Below, in pieces: positions 17,716 through 26,534 of a DNA stretch of 64,000 bases (positions within the stretch are counted from its first letter, which is position 1; each line of letters starts with the position of its first letter). The notes under the pieces are model-generated. The model was not told the origin of the DNA, did no database searches, and saw only the letters and a list, made by a program, of their open reading frames with translations. The translations under genes and the position numbers were made by a program. The stretch spans positions 320,001 through 384,000 of the forward strand of contig CAWCFX010000001.1 in the NCBI GenBank assembly GCA_963795085.1. Reading direction: 5' to 3'. This stretch comes from an uncultured Gemmatimonadales bacterium (GTDB taxonomy: Bacteria > Gemmatimonadota > Gemmatimonadetes > Gemmatimonadales > GWC2-71-9).

Positions 17716-18549
17716 TTAGCGGCCCGCCGCCATCGCCTCGAGCCGGGCTACTCGCTCCTCGGTGGGTGGATGGGTGCTGAAGAGCTTCATCACGCCGCCG
17801 CCATGGGCCGCGAGCGGGTTGACCTGGGCCAGCGCGGCCACCGCCGGCTGGACATGCATGGGAATCCGGTGGGCCATGGCGTCCAGCCGGCGAAGCGCGT
17901 TGGCGAGCGGCAGGGGCCGGCCCAGGATATCGGCGCCCACCCGGTCGGCTTCGAACTCGCGCTGCCGGCTGACCGCGAACTGGATGAGCATCGCCGCGAT
18001 AGGCGCGACGATGATCGCGGCGATCTGGAGCACCGGGTGGCCGCCCTCATCGTCCCTGCCGCCAAACATCAGCAGGTAGGGCAGGTAGCCGATGGCCCCG
18101 GCGATGCCGGCAGCGACGGTCGAGATCAGCATGTCCCGGTTCTTGATATGGGCCAGCTCGTGGGCGATCACGCCTTCGAGTTCTTCGGGCGGCATGTACT
18201 TCATGATACCGGTGGTGACCGCCACCACCGCCCGGCTCGGGCTCCGGCCGGTGGCAAACGCGTTGGGCTGCTCCTGCGCCGCGACCGCGACCACCGGCAT
18301 GGGAAGCCCGGCTCGCTGCCGCAGCCGGTCCACCATCGCGTACAACTCCGGCGCCTCCTTCTCCGTGACGACCTGGGCCCGGTACATCTTCAGCACCAGT
18401 TTGTCGGAAAAGAAGAACATGATAAAGTTGAAGAGGGATCCCAGTACCAGCGCCATGACGAGGCCGCTGCTGCCGCCGACCACCTGCCCCACCGCCATGA
18501 AGAGGGCGATCAGGCCCCCCATCAGCAGGAAGGTCTTCATGTTGTTCAT
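17716..18549 (-). CDS. htpX: Zinc metalloprotease HtpX
   Basis: PNAFATGR, ELEGVIAHELAHIKNRD, SRQREFEAD, LFSTHP; GGAGG RBS. Confidence 0.93.
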   Translation of the reverse strand: MNNMKTFLLMGGLIALFMAVGQVVGGSSGLVMALVLGSLFNFIMFFFSDKLVLKMYRAQVVTEKEAPELYAMVDRLRQRAGLPMPVVAVAAQEQPNAFATGRSPSRAVVAVTTGIMKYMPPEELEGVIAHELAHIKNRDMLISTVAAGIAGAIGYLPYLLMFGGRDDEGGHPVLQIAAIIVAPIAAMLIQFAVSRQREFEADRVGADILGRPLPLANALRRLDAMAHRIPMHVQPAVAALAQVNPLAAHGGGVMKLFSTHPPTEERVARLEAMAAGR

Positions 18550-18568
18550 GTGACGCCTCCACAGGGTT

Positions 18569-18620
18569 AAAACACAAAAGCGAGACCTCGCCGCGGCATG
18601 CGCCGGACGAAGGTCTCGCT
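18569..18620 (-). terminator. Riboswitch expression-platform intrinsic terminator
   Basis: Minus strand AGCGAGACCT...AGGTCTCGCT followed by TTTGTGTTTT; the 5' arm is shared with aptamer P1. Confidence 0.8.
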
Positions 18621-18734
18621 CTGACGACTCAGCGGATTGGTTCCGCTCGTCCCTGCTGGACCGTGCCCGGCGAGAAGCCGAACAGTCTTGACGATCCAGC
18701 CGTCCGCCCCAGGGCGGATAAGCTACTCCCCTTC
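18609..18734 (-). promoter_or_regulatory. yybP-ykoY manganese riboswitch aptamer
   Basis: Minus strand GAAGGGGAGUAGCU ... GAUCGUCAAGAC ... ACGGUCCAGC ... AGCGAGACCUUC four-way junction; upstream of a TerC gene. Confidence 0.9.
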
Positions 18735-18743
18735 AACGGCTGG

Positions 18744-18772
18744 AAAGTACCTGCGCCGAGCCGTTCCGTCAA
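18744..18772 (-). promoter_or_regulatory. Sigma70-like promoter for the riboswitch-htpX-terC transcript
   Basis: TTGACG-N17-TACTTT ending about 10 nt before the aptamer. Confidence 0.7.
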
Positions 18773-18829
18773 TCCGGCCACCGCCAGAACTCATTGCTCC
18801 CGGGCGACTTAAAGACGTACTTTGCGGGA

Positions 18830-19279
18830 ATGAGCGCTCCCCGAGCATTGACGACCCTGGAACGCGGCCAGTTGGCGTCCTTTGCCCGGGCCCTCGATCT
18901 GGACCGGGTCCTGATCTACGATCGCACCACCCGGGCCGCCCGCGCCATGACTTTCCTCACCCGCGCCGCTCCCATTGCCATCGGTTACCGCATCTTCACC
19001 CCGGGGCCCCTCCGCTTGCCGGTCCTGGCCCACGAGCTGGCCCACGTCGCCCAGTACCGCCGGTGGGGCTGGCTGCGCTATCTCGCCAGGGGCGCCTGGA
19101 ACCAGGTCGTTCTCCGGACCCTGATGCGGCGGGATGTATATCGGTGGGAGCCGGAGCCGGGAAGGGCGTTCGAGGAATACGGCATGGAGCAGCAGGGGCA
19201 GATCGTGCAGGAGAGTTTCGAGGCCGGCTCACCGCGTCAGGCCGCAGCCCTCCACCTGTCACCGTACCGGCCTCCTTGA
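18830..19279 (+). CDS. DUF4157 (eCIS core)-like HExxH domain protein
   Basis: RALTTLE...LDLDRVLI...IAIGYRIF...LAHELAHVAQY...EQQG. Confidence 0.75.
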   Translation: MSAPRALTTLERGQLASFARALDLDRVLIYDRTTRAARAMTFLTRAAPIAIGYRIFTPGPLRLPVLAHELAHVAQYRRWGWLRYLARGAWNQVVLRTLMRRDVYRWEPEPGRAFEEYGMEQQGQIVQESFEAGSPRQAAALHLSPYRPP

Positions 19280-19383
19280 CGGACGGTCCTTCTGCTTCGT
19301 CTCCGAGGGCCGAGGCGCACCAACGCCGAGGCCATCGAATCAAACTACTCGACATTCCAGGATCCGCTGCCTGTTCACCGGGG

Positions 19384-20634
19384 TTAGAACGGCGGGGTTC
19401 CCGCCGCCACCGGATCATCCCTCAGGATCGCTACCACCTCCGACCCCGCCGCCGTCTCGAATTGTCCTTCCGGAATCACCAGCAAGGCATTGGCCTTGAC
19501 CATGGAGGTCAGGATACCCGACCCCTGGGGGCCGGTGAGGGCAGCCTCCCGGCCATTTTCTGTCTCGGTGACTACGGCCCGGAGGAAATGCTGCAGCCTG
19601 GGCTTGAGCGAGACCGGGGCCGCCATGCGCACCGGCACTCCGCGCCGGAAGGGCAGGGCATGGCCCGCCATCGCCCGGATGGCGGGCCGGACGAATAGCT
19701 CAAAGGTGACCATGGTGCTGACCGGGTTGCCAGGAAGGCCGACCCAGGGAACCGGCCCCAGCAAGCCAAACCCAACCGGCGCTCCGGGCCGCATCCTCAG
19801 CTTCCAGAACTTGAGCTCGCCATCCATGTCCGCGATGACCTCGCGCAGGAAATCATGCTCCCCCACGCTGATCCCGGCGCTGGTCACCAGCAGGTCGCAT
19901 TCCCGCGCCGGTTCCAGGTGGGTCCGCAGGCTTTCCCGGCTGTCGGCTGCGATCCCGAGGTTTACCGGCTGGCCGCCCGCCAGGCGCACCAGCGCCATGA
20001 GGGTGTGGGTATTGGAACTGGCAATCTTTTCACCCGACAGGATCCGGTCGGCCTGGTCCACGTCCACGATTTCGTCTCCGCTGCCCAGGATAGCCACCCG
20101 GGGCTGCCGGTACACCAGGGGCTGGGCCACCGCCAGTGAGGCGAGCACGCCCAACTCAGCCGGTCCCAGAGCCATTCCCGCTTCCAGCGCGAGCCCGCCC
20201 CGGGCCAGGTCCTCTCCCGCCTTTCGCCAGTTGACGCCGACATCACGGTCGCGGGAGACCGACACGGTGTCGGCGCCGTAATCGGTGTCCTCCTGGCGGA
20301 TCACGCTGTCGGCCCCATCCGGAAGCCGGGCGCCGGTAAAGATGCGGGCCGCCTCGCCGGATACCACGGGATGCCGGGGTGCCTGGCCAGCCGCAATGTG
20401 CTGGGTGACCCGGAGCCGCACCGGCCTCTCCGCCGAGGCGCCGCGCACGTCTTCGCCCCGGACGGCGTAGCCGTCCATGGCCGAATTCGTATGGGGAGGG
20501 ATGTCCAGCGGGGCGATCACCGGCTCGGCGAGCACCGCGCCGAGCGCGTCATCGAGGGGTACCCGGAGGGCGGGCTGCCGCGCGACGTGCTGCAGGATCT
20601 CCAGCGCCGCCTCGCGGGCCGTCAGCCCGGTCAT
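19384..20634 (-). CDS. moeA: Molybdopterin molybdotransferase
   Basis: SAMDGYA, RIFTGA, SGDE, SAGISVGEHD, MRPG, LPGNPVS, QGSG. Confidence 0.95.
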   Translation of the reverse strand: MTGLTAREAALEILQHVARQPALRVPLDDALGAVLAEPVIAPLDIPPHTNSAMDGYAVRGEDVRGASAERPVRLRVTQHIAAGQAPRHPVVSGEAARIFTGARLPDGADSVIRQEDTDYGADTVSVSRDRDVGVNWRKAGEDLARGGLALEAGMALGPAELGVLASLAVAQPLVYRQPRVAILGSGDEIVDVDQADRILSGEKIASSNTHTLMALVRLAGGQPVNLGIAADSRESLRTHLEPARECDLLVTSAGISVGEHDFLREVIADMDGELKFWKLRMRPGAPVGFGLLGPVPWVGLPGNPVSTMVTFELFVRPAIRAMAGHALPFRRGVPVRMAAPVSLKPRLQHFLRAVVTETENGREAALTGPQGSGILTSMVKANALLVIPEGQFETAAGSEVVAILRDDPVAAGTPPF

Positions 20635-21155
20635 ACCGGAGCGGCCTTCTCCCAGGCGATGGCCGCAAGGAGCTGGAGCCAGATAGTATCCTTGAACCGG
20701 AGCACCGGGCACCCGGCGTCGAAATGCGCGTCATCGGTCACGACAGCAGCCCACTCCGCGGCGTTGGATGCGGCGGGGTCGTAGATCGGCGTTGTTGCGA
20801 CCGCCGAGCGGAACACTTCGATCTTGGGGAGTGGATGAGCCTTGAATCCCTCGACCAGGACAATATCCGCCTCGGCCAGGTACCGGCGGGCGAGCGTCAC
20901 CGGGTCGGTGTCATCTGGGCTGCGTTCGATCACCGCCCGCACCTCCGGCGAAGCAATCAGCACCCGCTCGGCTTTGCCTTCGTGAAAGTGGCGCCAGGTA
21001 TCGGTGCCGGGAGTATCGAGGGCCGCGGGGTGGGACGCGTGCTTGATGGTCATGATCCGGCGGCCGCGCCGGGCCAGCTCGCTCGCCAGGGCAACGACCA
21101 GGGTGGTCTTGCCCGCGTTCTTCCGGCCTATGATTGAAATGATCCTCGTTGCCAC
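20631..21155 (-). CDS. mobB: Molybdopterin-guanine dinucleotide biosynthesis protein B
   Basis: GRKNAGKTT, IKH, DTPGTDT, DIVLVEGFK; GTG start inferred. Confidence 0.9.
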   Translation of the reverse strand: MATRIISIIGRKNAGKTTLVVALASELARRGRRIMTIKHASHPAALDTPGTDTWRHFHEGKAERVLIASPEVRAVIERSPDDTDPVTLARRYLAEADIVLVEGFKAHPLPKIEVFRSAVATTPIYDPAASNAAEWAAVVTDDAHFDAGCPVLRFKDTIWLQLLAAIAWEKAAPV

Positions 21156-21745
21156 AGCGCGTTCGCCTCGGCGAGGTCGTCTGGAGTGTTGAGGTTGAAG
21201 AACAGGGAGGCCGGGTCGCCCAGCTCCCGGACCCGGGCGACAGGGAGGATACCCGTGTTGACTTCCTGATGGAAGGCGATTGCCCGGCGGTCGCCCCGGT
21301 CCAGCGCGGCCTCGATGGCGGCGCGGCAGGCGGGCCCGTAGGCGGCGCAGAGTGGCTCGACGCCGCGGCGCCCATCGCTTTCCGGAAGAAAGGCGTCGTG
21401 GTCGGCGAGGCCACGGGCAAGGGCACGGATGAGAGCCACGGTGACGAAGGGCATGTCCCAAGCGGCGACGACCACCGGCGCCGGGCCCTCCGCAACCGCG
21501 GTCAGGATGCCGCCCAGCGCGCCGAGTCCGGGACGGGTATCCGAGACCACCCGGAGGCCGGGCTTCCAGTCCGCGGCATCAGGAGCATTGGCGACCAGGA
21601 GGGGAAGATCGCCCAGCGCCTCGGTCAGGACATCGGCCAGTCGGTCGAGGATGCGCCGGCCTCCGACAATTTCCAGCCCCTTGGGCCGGCCGCCGTACCG
21701 GGTGGCGCCTCCGCCGGCGAGGATGGCTCCGCGGACTCGAGGCAC
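21128..21745 (-). CDS. mobA: Molybdenum cofactor guanylyltransferase
   Basis: ILAGG..TRYG..K, GALGGI, DMPF, EPLCAAY, FFNLNTPDD; GTG start inferred. Confidence 0.9.
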   Translation of the reverse strand: MPRVRGAILAGGGATRYGGRPKGLEIVGGRRILDRLADVLTEALGDLPLLVANAPDAADWKPGLRVVSDTRPGLGALGGILTAVAEGPAPVVVAAWDMPFVTVALIRALARGLADHDAFLPESDGRRGVEPLCAAYGPACRAAIEAALDRGDRRAIAFHQEVNTGILPVARVRELGDPASLFFNLNTPDDLAEANALWQRGSFQS

Positions 21746-21767
21746 GCCGTTGCAGCCGGCCGCGGCC

Positions 21768-22565
21768 CTAGTACCGTCGGCCTCGACGCCGCTCCAGGAC
21801 CACATCGAACCCGAAGGTCATGCTCCATACGTGCTGGTAGCTGAGCTTGTGCGGCGGTTCCAGGTTGGGAGTTCCGAAGGTGGGTCCGGTCACCTCGTCG
21901 ATACCCACGATGTTGTCGCGCACTTCCCAGCGCAGCTGGTACCCCCGTCCCAGCGCGGCCGTAAAGCCGGCGCCCAGGCCCACCACCGGGCTGACCTGCC
22001 GGCGGCTGGGATCGTCGTACACGGTGAACCGGGTGTCTTCCGAGCTCCCGTTGCTGAAAAACCCGTCGGTCTGGATCGGGCTGTGCTGGCTCACCACGAC
22101 CCCGACATGGAGCCGGGCGTAGGGCGAGATGACCCGCCGGCTCATGACCCGGTACATGGTGCCAACGCCCAGGCTCACTGCGCTGCCGGGGGAATCGCCG
22201 TTGATGCTGTTACAGATCTCCGCGGCGCGCCCGGAACCACTGGAGAAGGTGATCTCGCAGCCATCCTCGAAGCCCAGGCCCAGCAGCATCGCCTCGCCGG
22301 TGATCCCCCAGTGTTCGCTGGGGAAATAGGTGCCATGGAAGACAATCGCCAGCGATCCCCTGGTGCGGCGCGCCAGCGACAAGGTGTCCACCGTACTGGC
22401 CGCCGTGAAAATCGGCTGGTTGCCGATGGACCAGAGATTGGTGCCGGTGGTGGCGCCGGCCGAGAGCCCCAGGCTGAGGCGGGCCTGGTCGGCGGTACGC
22501 TGGGCAAAGAGCGGCGTCGGGGCTATCAGGACCAGGGAAGCGAGGGCTAGCCAGCGTATGCGCAT
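21768..22565 (-). CDS. Exported, probable outer-membrane beta-barrel protein
   Basis: Signal peptide MRIRWLALASLVLIAPTPLFAQ; amphipathic beta strands (ISPYARLHVG, YQLRWEVRD). Confidence 0.65.
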   Translation of the reverse strand: MRIRWLALASLVLIAPTPLFAQRTADQARLSLGLSAGATTGTNLWSIGNQPIFTAASTVDTLSLARRTRGSLAIVFHGTYFPSEHWGITGEAMLLGLGFEDGCEITFSSGSGRAAEICNSINGDSPGSAVSLGVGTMYRVMSRRVISPYARLHVGVVVSQHSPIQTDGFFSNGSSEDTRFTVYDDPSRRQVSPVVGLGAGFTAALGRGYQLRWEVRDNIVGIDEVTGPTFGTPNLEPPHKLSYQHVWSMTFGFDVVLERRRGRRY

Positions 22566-22984
22566 CACGGCCTCAGCAAGTTGTGGTGTTCTACCGCAAG
22601 ACAATAGTCCATGACCACCGGGATCCCTGCTGTCTCGACCTGGCGGGCGGCCTCGTCGTGAACGACGCCGAGTTGCAGCCACAGTAGCCGGGGCCGGACC
22701 GCGAGGATCTGGGGCACCAGCCCCGGCAGCGCGGCGGGCTGCCGGAAAACGTTGACGATATCGATGGGTCCGCCTGCCGCCGCCGAAGCCAGATCGGGGT
22801 GCACGGTCTCCCCCAGGATGGGTACCGAGGTTGCCGGCCGCACCGGGATGATCGTGTACCCGGCCTGCTGCAGATAGCGCGACACCGAGTGACTGGGGCG
22901 GGCCGGCCGGGGACTCAACCCGACCACCGCGATGCGCCGGGCCTCCCTCAGGATCCCCTCGGCCGCCGCAGGCAGAATCGGCAT
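22565..22984 (-). CDS. CoA-binding protein (YccU-like)
   Basis: IAVVGLS..PARPS..VSRYLQQAGY, IDIVNVFR, WLQLG, VVMDYC. Confidence 0.9.
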   Translation of the reverse strand: MPILPAAAEGILREARRIAVVGLSPRPARPSHSVSRYLQQAGYTIIPVRPATSVPILGETVHPDLASAAAGGPIDIVNVFRQPAALPGLVPQILAVRPRLLWLQLGVVHDEAARQVETAGIPVVMDYCLAVEHHNLLRP

Positions 22985-23703
22985 CAGCTGCAGGCCTCGG
23001 CGCCGTGCACCTGGGGCGCTCCGCTCACCGCCCGCCCGATCAGCCGCATGCCAGTGCGGCGGGCGATTTCTACCGCGAGGGTGGAAGGCACCGACGGGGT
23101 CGCGATATAGGCGATGCCGGCCCGGGCTCCCTTCCACGCCAGTTCGGCGGAGATCCGCCCCGTCACCAGGAGACCCAGGCCCGCGACCGTGTCCCGGGCC
23201 AGCAGCGCCGCCCCCACCACCTTGTCCACCGCGTTGTGCCGGCCGATATCCTCGGCGTGATACCGAAGCTGGCGCCCATCGGTCAGCGCGGCGGCATGGA
23301 TGCCGCCGGTGTCGCGGTAACGCTCGCCCCGGGCAAACAGCTCCTTGAACGCGGTCCGCAAGGCCCCGAGGTCGGGGAGCGGGGCCCGCGACGGCTGGGA
23401 CACCGCGGCGGCCGGGTCCGCCAGGAAAGTGGAGACGGCCCCGCACCCGGAGGCCAACACAGGCCGCCGGCCTTCGGCTTCCACCAGGGAAACCCGGTGG
23501 GCGGGAATGGTGACCCAGAAGCCGAGATCGGTGGCACAGGGCCGCAGCGTCAGCCCGTCGATGGTATCGACGTAGCCCTCACCGTGGAGCCACCCCACCG
23601 CGAGTTCCTCCAGCAGGTCGGGCGTGCACATCCAGGTGACCGCCGGGCGACCATTGACCTCCAGCCACACCGGGACCTCTTCCACCACCGCCTCGGCCGA
23701 CAT
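22984..23703 (-). CDS. fdhD: Formate dehydrogenase accessory sulfurtransferase
   Basis: MCTP..LEELAVGWL..EG, SGCG, TGGIHAAA, EDIGRHNAVDK, TGRISAE; alternative ATG at 23760. Confidence 0.92.
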   Translation of the reverse strand: MSAEAVVEEVPVWLEVNGRPAVTWMCTPDLLEELAVGWLHGEGYVDTIDGLTLRPCATDLGFWVTIPAHRVSLVEAEGRRPVLASGCGAVSTFLADPAAAVSQPSRAPLPDLGALRTAFKELFARGERYRDTGGIHAAALTDGRQLRYHAEDIGRHNAVDKVVGAALLARDTVAGLGLLVTGRISAELAWKGARAGIAYIATPSVPSTLAVEIARRTGMRLIGRAVSGAPQVHGAEACS

Positions 23704-23734
23704 CCGGCCCCCGCGTTTGGGCGCCGGCTGGATG

Positions 23735-24148
23735 TCAGGGCTTTCCGGTGCAGTCGGCATGCAGCGTGGGATCCTCCGCGACGCGAACCCTGAGGAGACG
23801 CAGACCGGCCGGAAGCCGGGCCGCGATGCGGGCATACAGAAGGGAAGCTAGCGCCTCGCAGGTCGGGAGGGGACGGCCGGACGAGAATTCGGGGAGATCG
23901 GTGTTGAGCCGGCGGCCGGAAAGGCGGTCGAGGACCTCCTCCTGGAGCACCCCGTCGAGCCAGGCGAGATCGACGATCATGCCGGTGGCCGGGTCCGGCG
24001 CCCCCGCCACGGTCACCGCGCAGGAGTACTGGTGTCCGTGGTAGTCGGCCACCGGCCCGAAGTGGCCCCGATTCTCCTGGTCGCTCCAGTCGGCGCGCCA
24101 CATCCGGTGGGTCGCGGGGAAGGAGAGAGAACGGGTGAGGGAGAGCAT
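23735..24148 (-). CDS. 6-pyruvoyl-tetrahydropterin synthase/QueD family T-fold protein (variant)
   Basis: FPATHR, HGHQY, GMIVDL, LN.D.PEF, PTCE, VRVAE; no Cys before HGH. Confidence 0.85.
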   Translation of the reverse strand: MLSLTRSLSFPATHRMWRADWSDQENRGHFGPVADYHGHQYSCAVTVAGAPDPATGMIVDLAWLDGVLQEEVLDRLSGRRLNTDLPEFSSGRPLPTCEALASLLYARIAARLPAGLRLLRVRVAEDPTLHADCTGKP

Positions 24149-24222
24149 GGCTGATCAGCGAGTGATCCTGGGGGATGGATCAAGGATGGCACGATCAAGG
24201 GCGAGGCGGTGATCGCGAACCA

Positions 24223-24945
24223 TCAGAATGCGAAGCCAATACCACCAATCACCCACCAGCCGCTGGTCCATTCGTTGTCCTTCCCATTGGTGATCACGGC
24301 GTTGGGATCTTCCTCGGTGCCCGGTTCGGCTTCCGGCTCGTCCAGGTAGGCGGCGGGGTACTTGAGCTTCCAGAAGTGGCGCCGGGCCTCCAGCCGGAGC
24401 TGGATCTTCTGTCCCAGGAAATAGCGTACCCCCGCGCCCGGGGAGATTGAAAAGCGTTTGCCGAAATCGAACCCGCTGGTGTCGGCCCCGGTGTTGCTGG
24501 CAATGGCGTATCCGAGGCCGCCGGTGATGAAGGGCTGCAGGTTATGCCAGGTCTTGCCGCCGGTCAGGTTGAACTGCAGCGCGGCCTCGATGAGGACGAC
24601 GCTCTGGTCCACCGGCCCGGTCACCCGGGAGGCCACGCTGTCGTCGGCGTCCACGATGAACCGCTCGAGATCCATGTAGGAGGCCGTCAGGCCCCCCTCG
24701 ATGAACCCGCTCATCCGGAATCCGAAGCGGAGGCCGTACGTGTTTCCATGGTGAGGGCCGATCCGGAGTTCGCCGCCCTCGCCGCCGAGGCGTCCAAAGA
24801 GCGGTGTCACCGAGGAGCCGAAGCGGACGTCGCGGTAGGGCGACCGGGACGGCGGGTGGCCCACCTGGCTCCAGGCCGCGGGCGCTGTCGCCAGCAGGAA
24901 CGCGGCCACCAGGAGGCCTCGCCGTCCAAACACACATGCCGCCAT
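24223..24945 (-). CDS. Outer-membrane beta-barrel protein
   Basis: Signal peptide, amphipathic strands (LQPFITGGLG, GAGVRYF, LRLEAR), C-terminal Phe (GIGFAF). Confidence 0.75.
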   Translation of the reverse strand: MAACVFGRRGLLVAAFLLATAPAAWSQVGHPPSRSPYRDVRFGSSVTPLFGRLGGEGGELRIGPHHGNTYGLRFGFRMSGFIEGGLTASYMDLERFIVDADDSVASRVTGPVDQSVVLIEAALQFNLTGGKTWHNLQPFITGGLGYAIASNTGADTSGFDFGKRFSISPGAGVRYFLGQKIQLRLEARRHFWKLKYPAAYLDEPEAEPGTEEDPNAVITNGKDNEWTSGWWVIGGIGFAF

Positions 24946-24947
24946 GA

Positions 24948-26507
24948 TCAGTCTCCCATCGCTCGAAGGTCCCGGCCCGTCATCTCCGGCGGCGGCTCCA
25001 GGCCCAACAGGTTAAGAACAGTCGGTCCCACATCGCAGAGGGCGCCCCCGGCCCGCAGTTCCGTGGCCCCGGCATTGACGGCGACGAACGGAACCGGGTT
25101 GGTGGTGTGCGCGGTATGGGGCCCGCCCGTTTCCGGATCGACCATCTGCTCGCAGTTGCCGTGGTCCGCCGTCACCAGCAGGGCTGCACCGGTGCGCTCC
25201 ACGGTAGCCAGCACCCGCCCCAGGCACTGGTCCACCGTCTCCACCGCCCTGATAATGGCCGGGATCACCCCGGTGTGGCCCACCATGTCCGCGTTGGCGT
25301 AGTTGCACAGGATGAAATCGTGCTGCCGGGCCTCGATCGCGCCGCAGAGCACATCGGTGATGCCGGCGGCGCTCATTTCCGGCGCCAGGTCGTAGGTCGC
25401 CACCTTCTGGGAGGCGACCAGCCGCCGCTCTTCGCCGGCGTAAGGCACTTCGTTGCCACCGTTGAAGAAATAGGTAACGTGGGGGTATTTCTCCGTTTCC
25501 GCCGTGCGCAGCTGCGTCCGTCCCCGGTCGGCCAGCACCTCGGCCACGATCCTGGCCATACTGAACGGTGGGAAGGCGGCCGGAATCGGATAGGTCTGGT
25601 CGTACTGGGTCATGGTGACCATGGACAGGCGCGGGCGGTTCGCCACCGGAAACCCGGCGAAGTCGCGGATCATCAGGGCGCTGACGATCTGCCGCATCCG
25701 GTCGCTTCGATAATTGAAGCAGAAAACGCCATCGCCGTCGCGGAGCGTGGCGACCGGCTGGCCGCCGTCCTCCAGCACAATGGGGCGGACGAACTCGTCG
25801 GTTTCTCCCCGGGCGTAGGCGGCCAGGACCGCGCCGGCCGGATCCTCCGCCCGAACCCCGGTGCCGTGGACCATGGCGTCGTACGCCAACCGGGTCCGGT
25901 CCCAGCGCTTGTCGCGGTCCATGGCGTAGTAGCGCCCGGTCAGGGTCGCGATGCGGGCCCGCCCGCCCGATATCCGCCGAAGATCCTCCTGCAGGGTCCG
26001 CACTACGTCGCCCGCCGAGGTGGGCAACGTGTCGCGCCCGTCGAGAAACCCGTGGATGGCGATGCGCCCAACGCCCTGCCGGACCCCGAACTCGACCGCC
26101 GCGAGGAGATGGTGGTCGATCGCGTGCACGCCGCCCGGCCCCAGCAGCCCCATGAGATGCAGGGTTCCCCCGGCCCCGGCGAGGGCGGTGCCCAGGTCCA
26201 CCAGCGAAGGAAGGGTGTAGAAATCTCCCGTCTCGATGCTCTGGGTGATCCGCACCAGGTCCTGGGGAACCACCCGGCCGGCGCCCAGGTTGAGATGGCC
26301 AACCTCGCTATTGCCCATCTGCCCGGGCGGAAGGCCGACCGCCAGCCCGCTGGCGTCGAGCAGGGTCCGGGGACCCCGTTCCCAGAGTCGGTGCCAGACC
26401 GGAGTCGCGGCGAGCTCGATGGCGTTGGCCTCGGACTCAGGGCGATATCCCCATCCGTCCAGGACCACCAGTACCACGGGCGCCCGCAGTCCTCCCAGGT
26501 TTGACAT
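24948..26507 (-). CDS. gpmI: 2,3-bisphosphoglycerate-independent phosphoglycerate mutase
   Basis: LDGWG, GQMGNSEVGH, GRYYAMDRD, AETEKYPHVT, NADMVGH, TADHGN, HTAHT. Confidence 0.97.
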   Translation of the reverse strand: MSNLGGLRAPVVLVVLDGWGYRPESEANAIELAATPVWHRLWERGPRTLLDASGLAVGLPPGQMGNSEVGHLNLGAGRVVPQDLVRITQSIETGDFYTLPSLVDLGTALAGAGGTLHLMGLLGPGGVHAIDHHLLAAVEFGVRQGVGRIAIHGFLDGRDTLPTSAGDVVRTLQEDLRRISGGRARIATLTGRYYAMDRDKRWDRTRLAYDAMVHGTGVRAEDPAGAVLAAYARGETDEFVRPIVLEDGGQPVATLRDGDGVFCFNYRSDRMRQIVSALMIRDFAGFPVANRPRLSMVTMTQYDQTYPIPAAFPPFSMARIVAEVLADRGRTQLRTAETEKYPHVTYFFNGGNEVPYAGEERRLVASQKVATYDLAPEMSAAGITDVLCGAIEARQHDFILCNYANADMVGHTGVIPAIIRAVETVDQCLGRVLATVERTGAALLVTADHGNCEQMVDPETGGPHTAHTTNPVPFVAVNAGATELRAGGALCDVGPTVLNLLGLEPPPEMTGRDLRAMGD

Positions 26508-26534
26508 GGCTCTCCGGAGTTTCTACAATGCGAT

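Noticed and set aside
16885..18570. Long antisense ORFs (also 25107..26504, 28206..29723, 29758..31437, 38295..40004, 42109..43419)
   Set aside because: Expected shadow frames opposite well-supported genes in high-GC DNA; no motifs.
19280..19383. tRNA or small RNA between convergent genes
   Set aside because: No cloverleaf or promoter; only weak GC pairing.
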